Origin: Candidatus Mediterraneibacter merdipullorum | GTDB lineage: Bacteria > Bacillota > Clostridia > Lachnospirales > Lachnospiraceae | DNA: 64,000 bases | Reading direction: 5' to 3' | NCBI GenBank assembly: GCA_019117125.1 | Contig: DXAL01000055.1 | Location: forward strand, 6,104 to 70,103 | Part shown: one piece after another, positions 36,325 through 45,936 of the stretch | Layout of the letters: each line of letters starts with the position of its first letter | Position numbering within the stretch: position 1 is the stretch's first letter | Position numbers and translations under genes: made by a program | The notes under the pieces: generated by a model | Database searches by the model: none | The model's input: only the letters and a program-made list of their open reading frames with translations | What the model was told of the DNA's origin: nothing

Positions 36325-37503
36325 ATGGACAACGGTCATTTTTCCGATATGATGGAACATTTTCAACAGGGGATATTCGGCGCTTTAAATGAAAAGAAGG
36401 ATGAACTTTTAAAGGAAGGGCGCAGAGTCTACAACATGTCCGTTGGAACGCCGGATTTCAAGCCGGCGCCGCATGTGATGAAAGCCATGCAGGAAGCCTG
36501 CGGGAAGCCGGAAAACTATAAATACTCCCTTGCCGACCTGCCGGAACTTCTCGAGGCGGTCTGCTTCCGCTATCAAAAGCGGTTCGGCGTAGACATTACG
36601 CCGGACGAAGTGATGTCCGTATACGGCTCCCAGGAAGCCATGGCGCACATCGGGCTTATCTTCTGTAATCCGGGAGACGTGATTCTGGTGCCGGACCCGG
36701 GGTATCCGATGTTCGGGATGAGCGGCATCATGGCAAAGGCGGATGTGCAGTATTATCCCATCCGGGAAGAGAACGGCTATCTGCCGGATTTGGATGCCAT
36801 TCCAAAGGAGACGCTGGCGAAGACGAAGTACATGGTCGTCTCGTATCCGCTCAATCCGGTCTGCGTCTGTGCACCGGATGAATTTTATGAGAAGCTCATC
36901 GCATTTGCAAAGGAGAACGATATCGTCATCCTTCACGACAATGCCTACTCGGACATCACCTTTACGGAGGAGCCAGGCAGGTCGTTCCTGTCCTATGAAG
37001 GGGCAAAAGACGTGGGCGTGGAGTTTTATTCGCTGTCCAAGTCCTACAACCTGACCGGGGCGCGCATCTCCTTTGTCGTGGGAAATAAGGACATCATCAG
37101 CAGGTTCCGCCTGCTCCGCTCCCAGATTGATTACGGCATTTTCTATCCGGTACAGTATGCGGCAATCGCAGCCCTCACCGGACCGGACGACTTTATCGAA
37201 GAGCAGCGGAAGGCATATGCCCGCAGGAATCAGGCACTGTGCGGCGGTCTCAGGAAAATCGGGTGGAATGTGCCGGACAGTAAAGGAACGATGTTCGTCT
37301 GGGCAAAGATACCGGAAGGATACGACTCCTCCATGGAGTTCTGTATGAAACTGATGGAAAAGACCGGGGTCATCGTAACGCCGGGGAGCGCGTTTGGAAA
37401 AGGCGGCGAAGGATATGTCCGCATGGCGCTCGTCGTGGATGAAGAGACCATTGCGGAAATCCTGGACGTGCTGGATGCGTCCGGATTCTTCCGCAGGAGA
37501 TGA
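36325..37503 (+). CDS. Class I/II PLP-dependent aminotransferase
   Basis: GTPDF.P, NPGDVILVPDPGYP, YPLNP, SLSKSYNLTGARI (PLP Lys). RBS GAGGAGGAG. The ORF-track start at 36178 overlaps metA and is rejected. Confidence 0.85.
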   Translation: MDNGHFSDMMEHFQQGIFGALNEKKDELLKEGRRVYNMSVGTPDFKPAPHVMKAMQEACGKPENYKYSLADLPELLEAVCFRYQKRFGVDITPDEVMSVYGSQEAMAHIGLIFCNPGDVILVPDPGYPMFGMSGIMAKADVQYYPIREENGYLPDLDAIPKETLAKTKYMVVSYPLNPVCVCAPDEFYEKLIAFAKENDIVILHDNAYSDITFTEEPGRSFLSYEGAKDVGVEFYSLSKSYNLTGARISFVVGNKDIISRFRLLRSQIDYGIFYPVQYAAIAALTGPDDFIEEQRKAYARRNQALCGGLRKIGWNVPDSKGTMFVWAKIPEGYDSSMEFCMKLMEKTGVIVTPGSAFGKGGEGYVRMALVVDEETIAEILDVLDASGFFRRR

Positions 37504-37527
37504 AAGGAAGATACAGGAGGACAGCAT

Positions 37528-38040
37528 ATGAAGCGCGTGGCAAAATTTGAGAAAGTGAGTTTTGAACAGTTCCTCGCAGGGTGGGGGGACACGCTTGGCA
37601 TCAGCGACCCGGAGGAAATACGGAATATCTATGACGGGATACGGCTCCCGAAGCGGGCGACCGCCGGAAGCGCGGGGTATGACTTCTTTACTCCCGCAGA
37701 TGTGACGCTGGGACCGGGAGAGACCATCCGGATACCAACGGGCATCCGCGTCTGGATGGAGCCTGAGTGGGTGCTCAAATGCTACCCAAGAAGCGGTCTG
37801 GGATTTAAGTTCCGGCTGCAGCTGAACAATACCGTCGGCATCATTGACAGCGATTATTACGACTCGGACAATGAAGGACACATCTTTTCCAAGATAACCA
37901 ATGACAGCAATGAGGGGAAGACCGTGAGTCTCCGGGCGGGAGAAGGCTTCATGCAGGGGATTTTTGTGGAGTACGGCATCACGCTGGACGACGATGTGAC
38001 AGAAGTACGGAACGGCGGATTTGGAAGTACGACGCGGTAA
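37528..38040 (+). CDS. dut: dUTP diphosphatase (dUTPase/dCTP-deaminase superfamily)
   Basis: R.T.GSAGYD, PRSG.G, GIIDSDYY, and C-terminal RNGGFGSTT. Confidence 0.85.
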   Translation: MKRVAKFEKVSFEQFLAGWGDTLGISDPEEIRNIYDGIRLPKRATAGSAGYDFFTPADVTLGPGETIRIPTGIRVWMEPEWVLKCYPRSGLGFKFRLQLNNTVGIIDSDYYDSDNEGHIFSKITNDSNEGKTVSLRAGEGFMQGIFVEYGITLDDDVTEVRNGGFGSTTR

Positions 38041-38185
38041 CTTACAGGAATGTCATATGATTTAAGGAAATCGTAAGAAGATATAAGGGAAGAACACAGA
38101 TTTATCCGGTATACTCTTGACCAGAAGCAAAAGAGAAATCAGTCAGCGAAAGCCCGGCGGGCGGTTCGCGGGAGGTGCGGTTGAG

Positions 38186-38863
38186 ATGAAGTGGGTCAGA
38201 CGTCTGTGTTCTTTTCTTATTATCATGATATTGGTCCTGACCGGGATACTGGTCGCGAAGGGATATCTGGATTACCGGGAGGCGCTCCGGGAGATGAGCG
38301 TGGAGGAGATGGCGGAACGGATTGAGGCAAATCCGGATTATACACCCATTGAGGAACTGCCTCAGACATACATCGACGCGGTCCTCGCGGTGGAGGACAA
38401 GCGGTTTTACACCCATCCCGGTGTGGACCCGGCTGCCATCGGAAGGGCGCTTGTCAATGACATCCGGGCAGGCGCGTATGTGGAGGGCGGCAGCACCATC
38501 ACGCAGCAGCTGGCAAAGAACCAGTACTTTACGCAGGATAAGAAGATGGTGCGAAAGATTGCGGAGATGTTCATGGCATTTCAGATAGAATCCGTCCTGG
38601 ATAAGGATGAGATTTTTGAACTGTATGTCAATTCCATCTTTTTCGGGAACGGATATTACTGCGTTGCGGACGCTTCCCGGGGATACTTCGGGAAAGAGCC
38701 CTCGCAGATGGATTTTGACGAGTGCACCCTCCTTGCAGGGATACCGAACGCGCCGACTAATTATAATCCTGCCGCAAATCCGGAACTTGCAAGAAAGCGT
38801 CAGGAGCAGGTAATCGGGAAAATGAGAAAAGCGGGATATCTGAGCGAGGAGGATATCCGGTAA
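38186..38863 (+). CDS. Monofunctional peptidoglycan glycosyltransferase (GT51)
   Basis: N-terminal TM segment, EDKRFYTHPGVD, GGSTITQQLAKN, RKI.E......IE. No transpeptidase domain. Confidence 0.88.
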   Translation: MKWVRRLCSFLIIMILVLTGILVAKGYLDYREALREMSVEEMAERIEANPDYTPIEELPQTYIDAVLAVEDKRFYTHPGVDPAAIGRALVNDIRAGAYVEGGSTITQQLAKNQYFTQDKKMVRKIAEMFMAFQIESVLDKDEIFELYVNSIFFGNGYYCVADASRGYFGKEPSQMDFDECTLLAGIPNAPTNYNPAANPELARKRQEQVIGKMRKAGYLSEEDIR

Positions 38864-38939
38864 AGATGCATATCTGAAAGAAAACAGGAGAACATAACCA
38901 TAGATACCGGAACGCACAGAGCAGGAGGAACAGGCATCT

Positions 38940-40307
38940 ATGGTGAAAAAGGATACAAAGAGACTCAGCGGTTGTTTTGAAGATGATATCAGGTACATGA
39001 ATGAGACTCTTCCTGTCGCGGAAAGTTTTGACGTGATAAGAAGGGATATGGTCATCGGCGGGAAGGCGTCGGTGTTCTATTATATCGATGGATTTGTCAA
39101 AGATGAGGTCATGCTCAAAATCATGGATTCTTTTCTTTCGGTCACAGAGGAGGACATGCCCGAGGATGCGGAAGGGTTTGCCCGGGGGCATGTGCCGTAC
39201 GTGGAGGTGGACCTTGCGGAGGATTTCGACCAGGTCGTCCGCAGCGTCCTGTCCGGGGCGGCAGGACTGTTTATCGACGGCTATCAGGAAAGCATCATCA
39301 TAGACTGCCGCACCTATCCGGCGCGCAGCGTGGACGAACCGGATAAGGACAAGTCCCTGCGCGGGTCCAGGGACGGCTTTGTGGAGACCATCGTCTTCAA
39401 TACTGCGCTGATGAGGCGGAGGATACGGGACCCTCACCTTATCATGGAAATGACGGAAGCCGGACAGTCCTCCCGGACGGATATCGCCATCTGCTATATG
39501 AGCGACCGCGTGGACAGGACGCTTCTGGACAATCTGAAGCAGCGCATCGAGAGCCTGACCCTGGATGACCTGAGGATGAACCAGCAGAGCCTGGCGGAAG
39601 CCCTGTTCAAAAGGAAATGGTTCAATCCTTTCCCGAAATTCAAGTATACGGAGCGCCCGGACACTGCGGCGGCGTGCCTGCTGGAAGGGAAGGTCATCAT
39701 CCTCGTGGACAATTCCCCTTCCGCGATGATACTCCCCACCTCCATACTGGACATGATTGAGGAGGCGAACGATTATTATTTCCCAACGCTGACCGGAATT
39801 TATCTGAAAGTGACGCGCACCATTATCACTATAGCCACGGTCTTCTTTACGCCGCTCTATCTGCTCTTTATGCAGAATCTGGACTGGCTCCCTGAGGTGT
39901 TCGAGTTCGTCGCGGTACGGGATACAGTAAATATCCCGCTCATTTTCCAGTTCCTTCTGCTGGAAATATCCATCGACGGACTCCGTCTTGCCGCCATGAA
40001 CACACCGACCATGCTGAGTACGCCGCTCAGTGTCATCGCAGGTATCGTCATGGGCGAGTTTTCCGTCCAGTCCGGGTGGTTCAATTCGGAAATTATGTTA
40101 TATATGGCCTTTGTCGCCGTGGCAAACTATACCCAGCCCAACTTTGAACTCGGATACGCGCTCAAATTCATGCGTCTGATGCTCCTTGTCCTGACGGCGC
40201 TCTTTGATGTGTACGGGTTCGCCGTGGGCTGCATCCTGGTGCTCTGCTTCCTGGTATTTAACAAAACGCTGTCCGGGCGGAACTATTTGAACGTCAAACT
40301 GCGGTAG
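38940..40307 (+). CDS. GerA-family spore germination protein, A-subunit type (GerAA/SpoVAF-like), orphan
   Basis: Soluble N-domain (V.YYIDG.V.......I), SLRGSRDGFVET...N..L.RRRI, and a C-terminal block of about 5 TM segments. No adjacent B or C subunit genes. Confidence 0.7.
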   Translation: MVKKDTKRLSGCFEDDIRYMNETLPVAESFDVIRRDMVIGGKASVFYYIDGFVKDEVMLKIMDSFLSVTEEDMPEDAEGFARGHVPYVEVDLAEDFDQVVRSVLSGAAGLFIDGYQESIIIDCRTYPARSVDEPDKDKSLRGSRDGFVETIVFNTALMRRRIRDPHLIMEMTEAGQSSRTDIAICYMSDRVDRTLLDNLKQRIESLTLDDLRMNQQSLAEALFKRKWFNPFPKFKYTERPDTAAACLLEGKVIILVDNSPSAMILPTSILDMIEEANDYYFPTLTGIYLKVTRTIITIATVFFTPLYLLFMQNLDWLPEVFEFVAVRDTVNIPLIFQFLLLEISIDGLRLAAMNTPTMLSTPLSVIAGIVMGEFSVQSGWFNSEIMLYMAFVAVANYTQPNFELGYALKFMRLMLLVLTALFDVYGFAVGCILVLCFLVFNKTLSGRNYLNVKLR

Positions 40308-40310
40308 GAT

Positions 40311-40338
40311 TTTTAACATTTTTGAAAAAATGTTAAAA
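40311..40338. repeat. AT-rich palindrome TTTTAACATTTTT-GA-AAAAATGTTAAAA
   Basis: 13-bp perfect arms, 40311-40323 and 40326-40338, starting 4 nt after the gerA-like stop and upstream of degV. Confidence 0.85.
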
Positions 40339-40470
40339 TATTTTGCTTAACAGCGGAAAAGGTGTTATGATAGACAGGATGTAAATAATCTGCGCATCCG
40401 GATGCACAGGCGGACCGGCCGCCGGATGTGCGGACCAGAAATAAAGGAAATACCAGGGAGGAATATCACG

Positions 40471-41334
40471 ATGAAAGAGTATGTGATAACAGTAAACAGT
40501 ACCGTAGATGTGCCGAAAGAGTGGCTTGAGGAAAGACATGTCCCTGTCGTCCCGCTGAAATATACCATTGACGGCGAGACGTACACGGATATGGAAGGGC
40601 TTTCTGCAAAAGAATTTTTTGCAAAGCTGAGGGACGGGAAGATGTCCACGACTTCCCAGGTGAATCCGGAAGAGGCGGCGGACCTGCTCGAGCCATATGT
40701 GAAAGAAGGGAAAGACGTTCTTCATCTCGGATTCTCATCCGGACTGAGCGGCACGCTCAACAGCATGAAACTTGCAGGGGAGATGCTGGAAGAAAAATAT
40801 CCGGGCTCCAAAGTCATCGTGATAGATACGCTCTGCGCGTGTCTCGGAGAGGCGCTGCTCCTTCACAAAGCCCTCCAGAAAAAGGCGGAAGGCATGTCCA
40901 TCGATGAGCTGGCACAGTGGGTGGAAGAGAACAAGCTCCATATCTGCCACAATGTAACGGTGGATGACCTGAACCACCTGCACCGGGGCGGACGCGTGTC
41001 CAAGACGACCGCCGTGCTCGGGACGCTGGTGCAGATTAAGCCTATCATACATATGGATGATAACGGAAAACTCCAGGTGATAGGAAAGGAAAGAGGGCGG
41101 AAGAAATCCCTCAACAAGATTGTCGATATGGCGGTAGAACAGTCAAAAGGCTGGGATAACGACATCATCATGATTACCCACGGAGACTGCATCGAAGATG
41201 CGGAATACGTGGCAAAACTCGTCCGTGAAAAGATGGGCATCGACAACATCCTTATCAACAACATCGGGACGGTCATCGGAAGCCATACAGGTCCGGGCGT
41301 AGTCGCGGTATTCTGCATGGGGAATAAGAGATAA
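40471..41334 (+). CDS. DegV-family fatty-acid-binding protein
   Basis: About 287 aa. TSQ.NP, H..FSSGLSGT, and length typical of DegV. RBS AGGGAGGAA. Confidence 0.88.
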   Translation: MKEYVITVNSTVDVPKEWLEERHVPVVPLKYTIDGETYTDMEGLSAKEFFAKLRDGKMSTTSQVNPEEAADLLEPYVKEGKDVLHLGFSSGLSGTLNSMKLAGEMLEEKYPGSKVIVIDTLCACLGEALLLHKALQKKAEGMSIDELAQWVEENKLHICHNVTVDDLNHLHRGGRVSKTTAVLGTLVQIKPIIHMDDNGKLQVIGKERGRKKSLNKIVDMAVEQSKGWDNDIIMITHGDCIEDAEYVAKLVREKMGIDNILINNIGTVIGSHTGPGVVAVFCMGNKR

Positions 41335-41350
41335 AAGACAGGTGTAAAGA

Positions 41351-41392
41351 AAAGGACTGCCGCATGAATTGATTTTCGTGCGGCAGTCCTTT
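41351..41392. terminator. Bidirectional terminator between degV and the ABC-F gene
   Basis: AAAGGACTGCCGCA-14 nt-TGCGGCAGTCCTTT. Confidence 0.8.
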
Positions 41393-41414
41393 GTATAAGG
41401 CTGCATGTCCGGAT

Positions 41415-43355
41415 TCACTCCGCCAGCGTCTCCCACATCTCGTAGAGCTCCTCCAGCCTGGTCTCATTTGCCGCGCGTTCTGCGGCAAGCTCCTGACAGC
41501 GCACAGAGTTGGAATAGACTTCTTCCAGTGTCAGTTCCCGGTCAATCTGGGTATTGCGCTCTTCCAGACGGCTGATTTCTTCTTCGGTCTTTTTCAGGTC
41601 GTTCCTGCGTTTGCGCTCTTTCGCCTGCTGTTCTTTCTGTTCCTGCCAGCTCAGTTTGGAGCCGGATGTGTTTTCCGCCGCTGTATCTGCCGGAGCAGAA
41701 GCGCTGCCGGGAGCGGAAGATGAGCCGGACGCAGGGGCGTATGCCTGTGTCAGTGCTTCTTTTTTCTCGAGGTAATAATCATAATTCCCGATATAATTTA
41801 CAAAAGTCTGGTTGACCAGCTCCAGTATCCGGGTGGCGGTACTGTTGATAAAATACCGGTCGTGGGATACATAGAGGAGGGTGCCGCTGTAATTGTTCAG
41901 CGCTTCTTCCAGGATTTCCTTGGAAGCGATATCCAGATGGTTCGTGGGCTCGTCGAGTATGAGGAAATTCGCCTCGGAGAGCATCAGCTTTGCGAGGGAG
42001 ACGCGCCCTTTTTCACCGCCGCTCAGGGAACGTATCTCCTGGAAGACTTCGTCGCCGGTGAACTGGAATGCGGCGAGAGTGCTCCGAATCTGGGTGTTGG
42101 TCAGGGTCGGATAGGCGTCGGATATCTCTTCAAAGATGGTCTTCTCATCGTGGAGCACATGATGCTCCTGGTCGTAGTAGCCGATGCGGACCTTCGCGCC
42201 GAGCGTAAAGGAACCGGCATCCGCCTGTTCCGCCTGGTTGAGTATTTTCAAAAGGGTCGTCTTGCCGGTCCCGTTGTCCCCGATGACCGCCACATGTTCG
42301 CCGCGTTTTATCTCGAAGTCCACATCACGGAAGAGGACCTGGCTGCCGTACTGCTTGGAAAGATGCTCTACCGTGAGCACGTCATTCCCGCTGACGCAGG
42401 ACGGCTCGAGGGTAAAATGCATTTCCGCGGTCTGGACAGGCTTTTCCACAGGCGTTATCTTTTCCAGCATCTTTTCGCGGCTTTCGGCGCGGCGGATGGA
42501 TTTTTCCCGGTTAAAGGATTTCAGTTTGTCGATGACTGCCTGCTGATGCCGTATCTCTCTCTGCTGGTTGAAATATTCTTTGAGCCGGGCATCCCGTATC
42601 TGCTGTTTTTTGACGGAGTACGCCTTATAATCACCCATGTAAGTCCGCAGTTCGCCGTTCTCTATCTCGATGACCTTCGTCACCACCCGGTTCAGGAAAT
42701 ACCGGTCGTGGGACACGATGAAGACAGCGCCCGGATAGTTGATGAGATAAGTCTCAAGCCAGGAGATGGAATTTAAGTCCAGATGGTTCGTTGGCTCGTC
42801 CAGGAGCAGGATGTCCGGGTTCGTGAGCAGCAGCCGCCCGAGGGCGACGCGGGTTTTCTGACCGCCGGACAGGGTGTCCGTCTTTTTGGAAAATTCTTCT
42901 TCCGCAAATCCGAGCCCTTTGAGGACGCCGACAATCTCGCTTTCGCAGGCGTAGCCGTTTTTGCTCTCGAATTCGGACTGAAGCCGGTTGTATGTATCGA
43001 GGCGGCTTTCCAGTTCTGCGCCGGAGAGCGATTTCAGTTCCAGCTCGATGGCGCGTATCCGCTGTTCCATCTCGAAGATATCGGCTTTTGCACTGCGCAG
43101 TTCATCGTAGATTGTCCCGCCCGGGAGCAGGTCCTGGCGCTGGGCCAGATAGCCGATGGTCTTCCCGCGGGCGAGGGTGATATCCCCGCCGTCTGCCGGT
43201 TCCTCCTCCATTATCATTTTTAATATCGTTGATTTGCCGGCTCCGTTCACGCCGACAAGAGCGGCTTTTTCCCGCTCTTCTATATGGAAAGAACCGTGCC
43301 GTACGATGACGCGGTCGCCAAAGGATTTATCAATATTGTGACATGCAAGTATCAT
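41415..43355 (-). CDS. ABC-F family ATPase (two ABC domains, no TM, C-terminal coiled-coil)
   Basis: Two Walker A sites (GVNGAGKST, GDNGTGKTT), two LSGG signatures, an inter-domain linker and a K/E-rich C-terminal extension. Looks like a housekeeping Uup/YdiF type rather than an extended-linker ARE type. Confidence 0.9.
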   Translation of the reverse strand: MILACHNIDKSFGDRVIVRHGSFHIEEREKAALVGVNGAGKSTILKMIMEEEPADGGDITLARGKTIGYLAQRQDLLPGGTIYDELRSAKADIFEMEQRIRAIELELKSLSGAELESRLDTYNRLQSEFESKNGYACESEIVGVLKGLGFAEEEFSKKTDTLSGGQKTRVALGRLLLTNPDILLLDEPTNHLDLNSISWLETYLINYPGAVFIVSHDRYFLNRVVTKVIEIENGELRTYMGDYKAYSVKKQQIRDARLKEYFNQQREIRHQQAVIDKLKSFNREKSIRRAESREKMLEKITPVEKPVQTAEMHFTLEPSCVSGNDVLTVEHLSKQYGSQVLFRDVDFEIKRGEHVAVIGDNGTGKTTLLKILNQAEQADAGSFTLGAKVRIGYYDQEHHVLHDEKTIFEEISDAYPTLTNTQIRSTLAAFQFTGDEVFQEIRSLSGGEKGRVSLAKLMLSEANFLILDEPTNHLDIASKEILEEALNNYSGTLLYVSHDRYFINSTATRILELVNQTFVNYIGNYDYYLEKKEALTQAYAPASGSSSAPGSASAPADTAAENTSGSKLSWQEQKEQQAKERKRRNDLKKTEEEISRLEERNTQIDRELTLEEVYSNSVRCQELAAERAANETRLEELYEMWETLAE

Positions 43356-43411
43356 GGCTTTTCTCCTCTCAGATATCCATTATAACGAAAAAAAAGGAAA
43401 ATACAAGGAAA

Positions 43412-43569
43412 ACAGTTCAGCCCGCGCCATTCGTAAAACCACACTCCGTGCTAATCGCGGCTGTCGCCGCTGTTTTACTCATAAGCAGGCGCTCATTTCA
43501 TCTGTCCGGAACTCCCCGGATTCTTATGCAAGCATAAATCCGGTCCGTTCGGACAGATGACTGAACTGT
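43412..43569 (+). repeat. Interspersed TIR-flanked structured element, full copy B
   Basis: AACAGTTCAG ... CTGAACTGTT (10-bp perfect TIR). Conserved module at 43424-43492. Unrelated long 3' hairpin at 43498-43560. Confidence 0.8.
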
Positions 43570-43580
43570 TAAATCTTAAA

Positions 43581-43609
43581 TTGACAGAGTTTTATCTATT
43601 TTATATAAT
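43581..43609 (+). promoter_or_regulatory. Consensus promoter TTGACA-17-TATAAT upstream of rex
   Basis: TTGACA at 43581-43586 and TATAAT at 43604-43609. Confidence 0.65.
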
Positions 43610-43700
43610 AAACAGGCATAAAGATAATATGTCATGGGCGTTTTCCGAATATCAGGGTTTTCCTGCCGGCTCACGTTCATGAGATGGAAGGTGGTAAGCT

Positions 43701-44342
43701 TTGGAACACAGAAAAATATCCCGTGCGGTCATTTCACGGCTGCCGAGGTATCACCGGTACCTCGGGGACCTGCTGGAAGAAGGCGTTGAGCGCATCTCCT
43801 CAAACGACCTCAGCAGGAAAATGCATGTGACTGCATCGCAGATACGGCAGGACCTGAACAATTTCGGAGGCTTCGGGCAGCAGGGGTACGGTTACAATGT
43901 ACAGTACCTCTACGAGGAGATTGGCAAGATACTGGGGCTGGACAAGAAACATAATTTCATCATCATCGGAGCCGGGAATCTCGGACAGGCGCTCGCGAAT
44001 TATGCGTCTTTTGAGCGGAGCGGTTTTATCCTGAAGAGTCTGTTTGACGTGAACCCGCGCCTGGCAGGCGTGACGATACGCGGCATCCAGGTGCGGATGA
44101 TGGACGAGCTGGTGGATTTCCTCGCGGAAAACGAGATTGAGATAGCGGCGCTCACGATTCCCAGGTCAAAGGCGGTCGAAGTGGCAGACCTCCTCGTGGA
44201 AAACGGCATCAAGGCAATCTGGAACTTTGCGCATACAGACCTGATGCTCCCCAAGGACGTCATTGTGGAGAGCGTGCATCTCTCGGACAGCCTGATGCAG
44301 CTGTCTTATAACATCAGCCAGCGGGATGTGCGCAGAAAATAG
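43701..44342 (+). CDS. rex: Redox-sensing transcriptional repressor Rex
   Basis: ISRAVISRLPRYHRYL, SS.DLS.....TASQIR.DL..FG.FG..G.GY.V..L, and Rossmann motif IIGAGNLG. TTG start with RBS GGAAGGTGG. Confidence 0.92.
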   Translation: MEHRKISRAVISRLPRYHRYLGDLLEEGVERISSNDLSRKMHVTASQIRQDLNNFGGFGQQGYGYNVQYLYEEIGKILGLDKKHNFIIIGAGNLGQALANYASFERSGFILKSLFDVNPRLAGVTIRGIQVRMMDELVDFLAENEIEIAALTIPRSKAVEVADLLVENGIKAIWNFAHTDLMLPKDVIVESVHLSDSLMQLSYNISQRDVRRK

Positions 44343-44361
44343 AACGAACAGAACTGAGAAT

Positions 44362-44383
44362 GCCCCGCAGCCTGCTGCGGGGC
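44362..44383 (+). terminator. GC hairpin after rex (no U-tract)
   Basis: GCCCCGCAG-CCTG-CTGCGGGGC. Confidence 0.4.
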
Positions 44384-44418
44384 GTACTGCGAAAAAGAGA
44401 AAGGACAAGTGATGAGAT

Positions 44419-45912
44419 TTGAGATATCTGCCTGACGGGACACAGATGAAAGCGGCGGACACTCATACGATACAGGAAATCGGCGTGCCCTCCCTCGTCC
44501 TGATGGAGCGTGCAGCTCTTGGCACGGTGGAGATGATGCGCAGGTGCGGGACAGACCTGTCCCGTCCGCTCTTTGTCTGCGGAAGCGGAAACAACGGCGG
44601 AGACGGATTCGCGGCGGCGCGGCTTCTGAAGGAAGAGGGCATACCGGCGGAAGTGTTCTTCGCCGGCAGAGAATCTTCCCAGAGCGGCGAGTGCCGGCTC
44701 CAGAAAGAGATTGCGGAGAAACTGGGGATTGTCATACGGACGGATTTTCCGGAGCAGGAATATACTGTTATCGTAGACGCTCTGTTCGGCGTGGGCTTAA
44801 GCCGGGATATCGAGGGGAGATACTGCGATGTGGTCCGGTGGATGAACCGGCAGTCCTGCGCAAAAGTGGCTGTGGATATCCCTTCCGGCGTGTGCGCCCG
44901 TACCGGGAAGATACTCGGCACGGCATTTTGTGCCGACCTGACGGTGGCGATGGCGTGCGTGAAGCTCGGGTGCGAACTGTATCCGGGAAAGACCTGCGCG
45001 GGAAGGACAGAGGCGGTCCCAATCGGGATTGATACGGAATTTTTCCGGGATGATGCGGGCGTCTGTTTCACATATGACCGCGGGGACATCCCCCGGCTGC
45101 TGCCGGAGCGCAGACCGGATTCCCACAAGGGAAGCTATGGCAGGGCGCTCATGCTCACCGGGAGCGAGGGCATGGCGGGAGCGTGCTTTTTGTCCGCCAA
45201 AGCCGCGTATGCAGCCGGCGCCGGGCTGGTGCATATCTATACGCCGGAGGCGAACCGCACGGTCCTCCAGGGACTGCTTCCCGAGGCAGTCATGACCTGT
45301 TACCGGAAATACAAGGAAGAGGAGCTGCAGGGTCTTCTGGACCGTGCGGACGTGGTCTGCATCGGCTGCGGACTCGGGACGGGCGAACGGTCGGAACAGA
45401 TGCTGACTTACACACTGAAACATGTGAAAGTCCCGTGCATCGTGGATGCGGACGGATTGAACCTGCTGAGCAGGCATCTGGAGCTTCTGGAGCAGACGGA
45501 AGCGCCGGTCATCCTTACGCCCCACATGAAGGAGATGTCCCGGCTGACCGGATATCCGGTGCCGGAGATTTCTGCGGACCGCCTGGATATCCTCTCGGAG
45601 TTTACAGAGAGATACCCGGTCGTCTGCGCCCTGAAAGACAGCAGGACCCTTGTAAAACGTGCCGGGCGGTCCGTGTTCTTAAACCTTGCCGGCAATGCGG
45701 CGATGGCAAAAGCGGGCTCCGGGGATGTGCTGGCAGGCATCATCACCGGGCTTGCCGCTCAGGGAATGGAAGCATTTGACAGCGCGGCGCTGGGCGTGTT
45801 CCTGCACGGATGCGCCGGGGATGAGGCGCGCGCAGCCAAAGGTGCATACAGCGTCCTTGCGCGGGACCTGATAAGCGGACTGGAAAGATGTATGAACTGG
45901 AAAGATGTATGA
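44419..45912 (+). CDS. nnr: Bifunctional NAD(P)H-hydrate repair enzyme (epimerase plus ADP-dependent dehydratase)
   Basis: N-terminal YjeF_N (GSGNNGGDG) and C-terminal carbohydrate-kinase-like domain (SHKG.YG, GSGDVLAG). Start is TTG 44419 or in-frame ATG 44446. Confidence 0.9.
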   Translation: MRYLPDGTQMKAADTHTIQEIGVPSLVLMERAALGTVEMMRRCGTDLSRPLFVCGSGNNGGDGFAAARLLKEEGIPAEVFFAGRESSQSGECRLQKEIAEKLGIVIRTDFPEQEYTVIVDALFGVGLSRDIEGRYCDVVRWMNRQSCAKVAVDIPSGVCARTGKILGTAFCADLTVAMACVKLGCELYPGKTCAGRTEAVPIGIDTEFFRDDAGVCFTYDRGDIPRLLPERRPDSHKGSYGRALMLTGSEGMAGACFLSAKAAYAAGAGLVHIYTPEANRTVLQGLLPEAVMTCYRKYKEEELQGLLDRADVVCIGCGLGTGERSEQMLTYTLKHVKVPCIVDADGLNLLSRHLELLEQTEAPVILTPHMKEMSRLTGYPVPEISADRLDILSEFTERYPVVCALKDSRTLVKRAGRSVFLNLAGNAAMAKAGSGDVLAGIITGLAAQGMEAFDSAALGVFLHGCAGDEARAAKGAYSVLARDLISGLERCMNWKDV

Positions 45913-45936
45913 TAAAAACAGAGGAGACAGAGTAAA

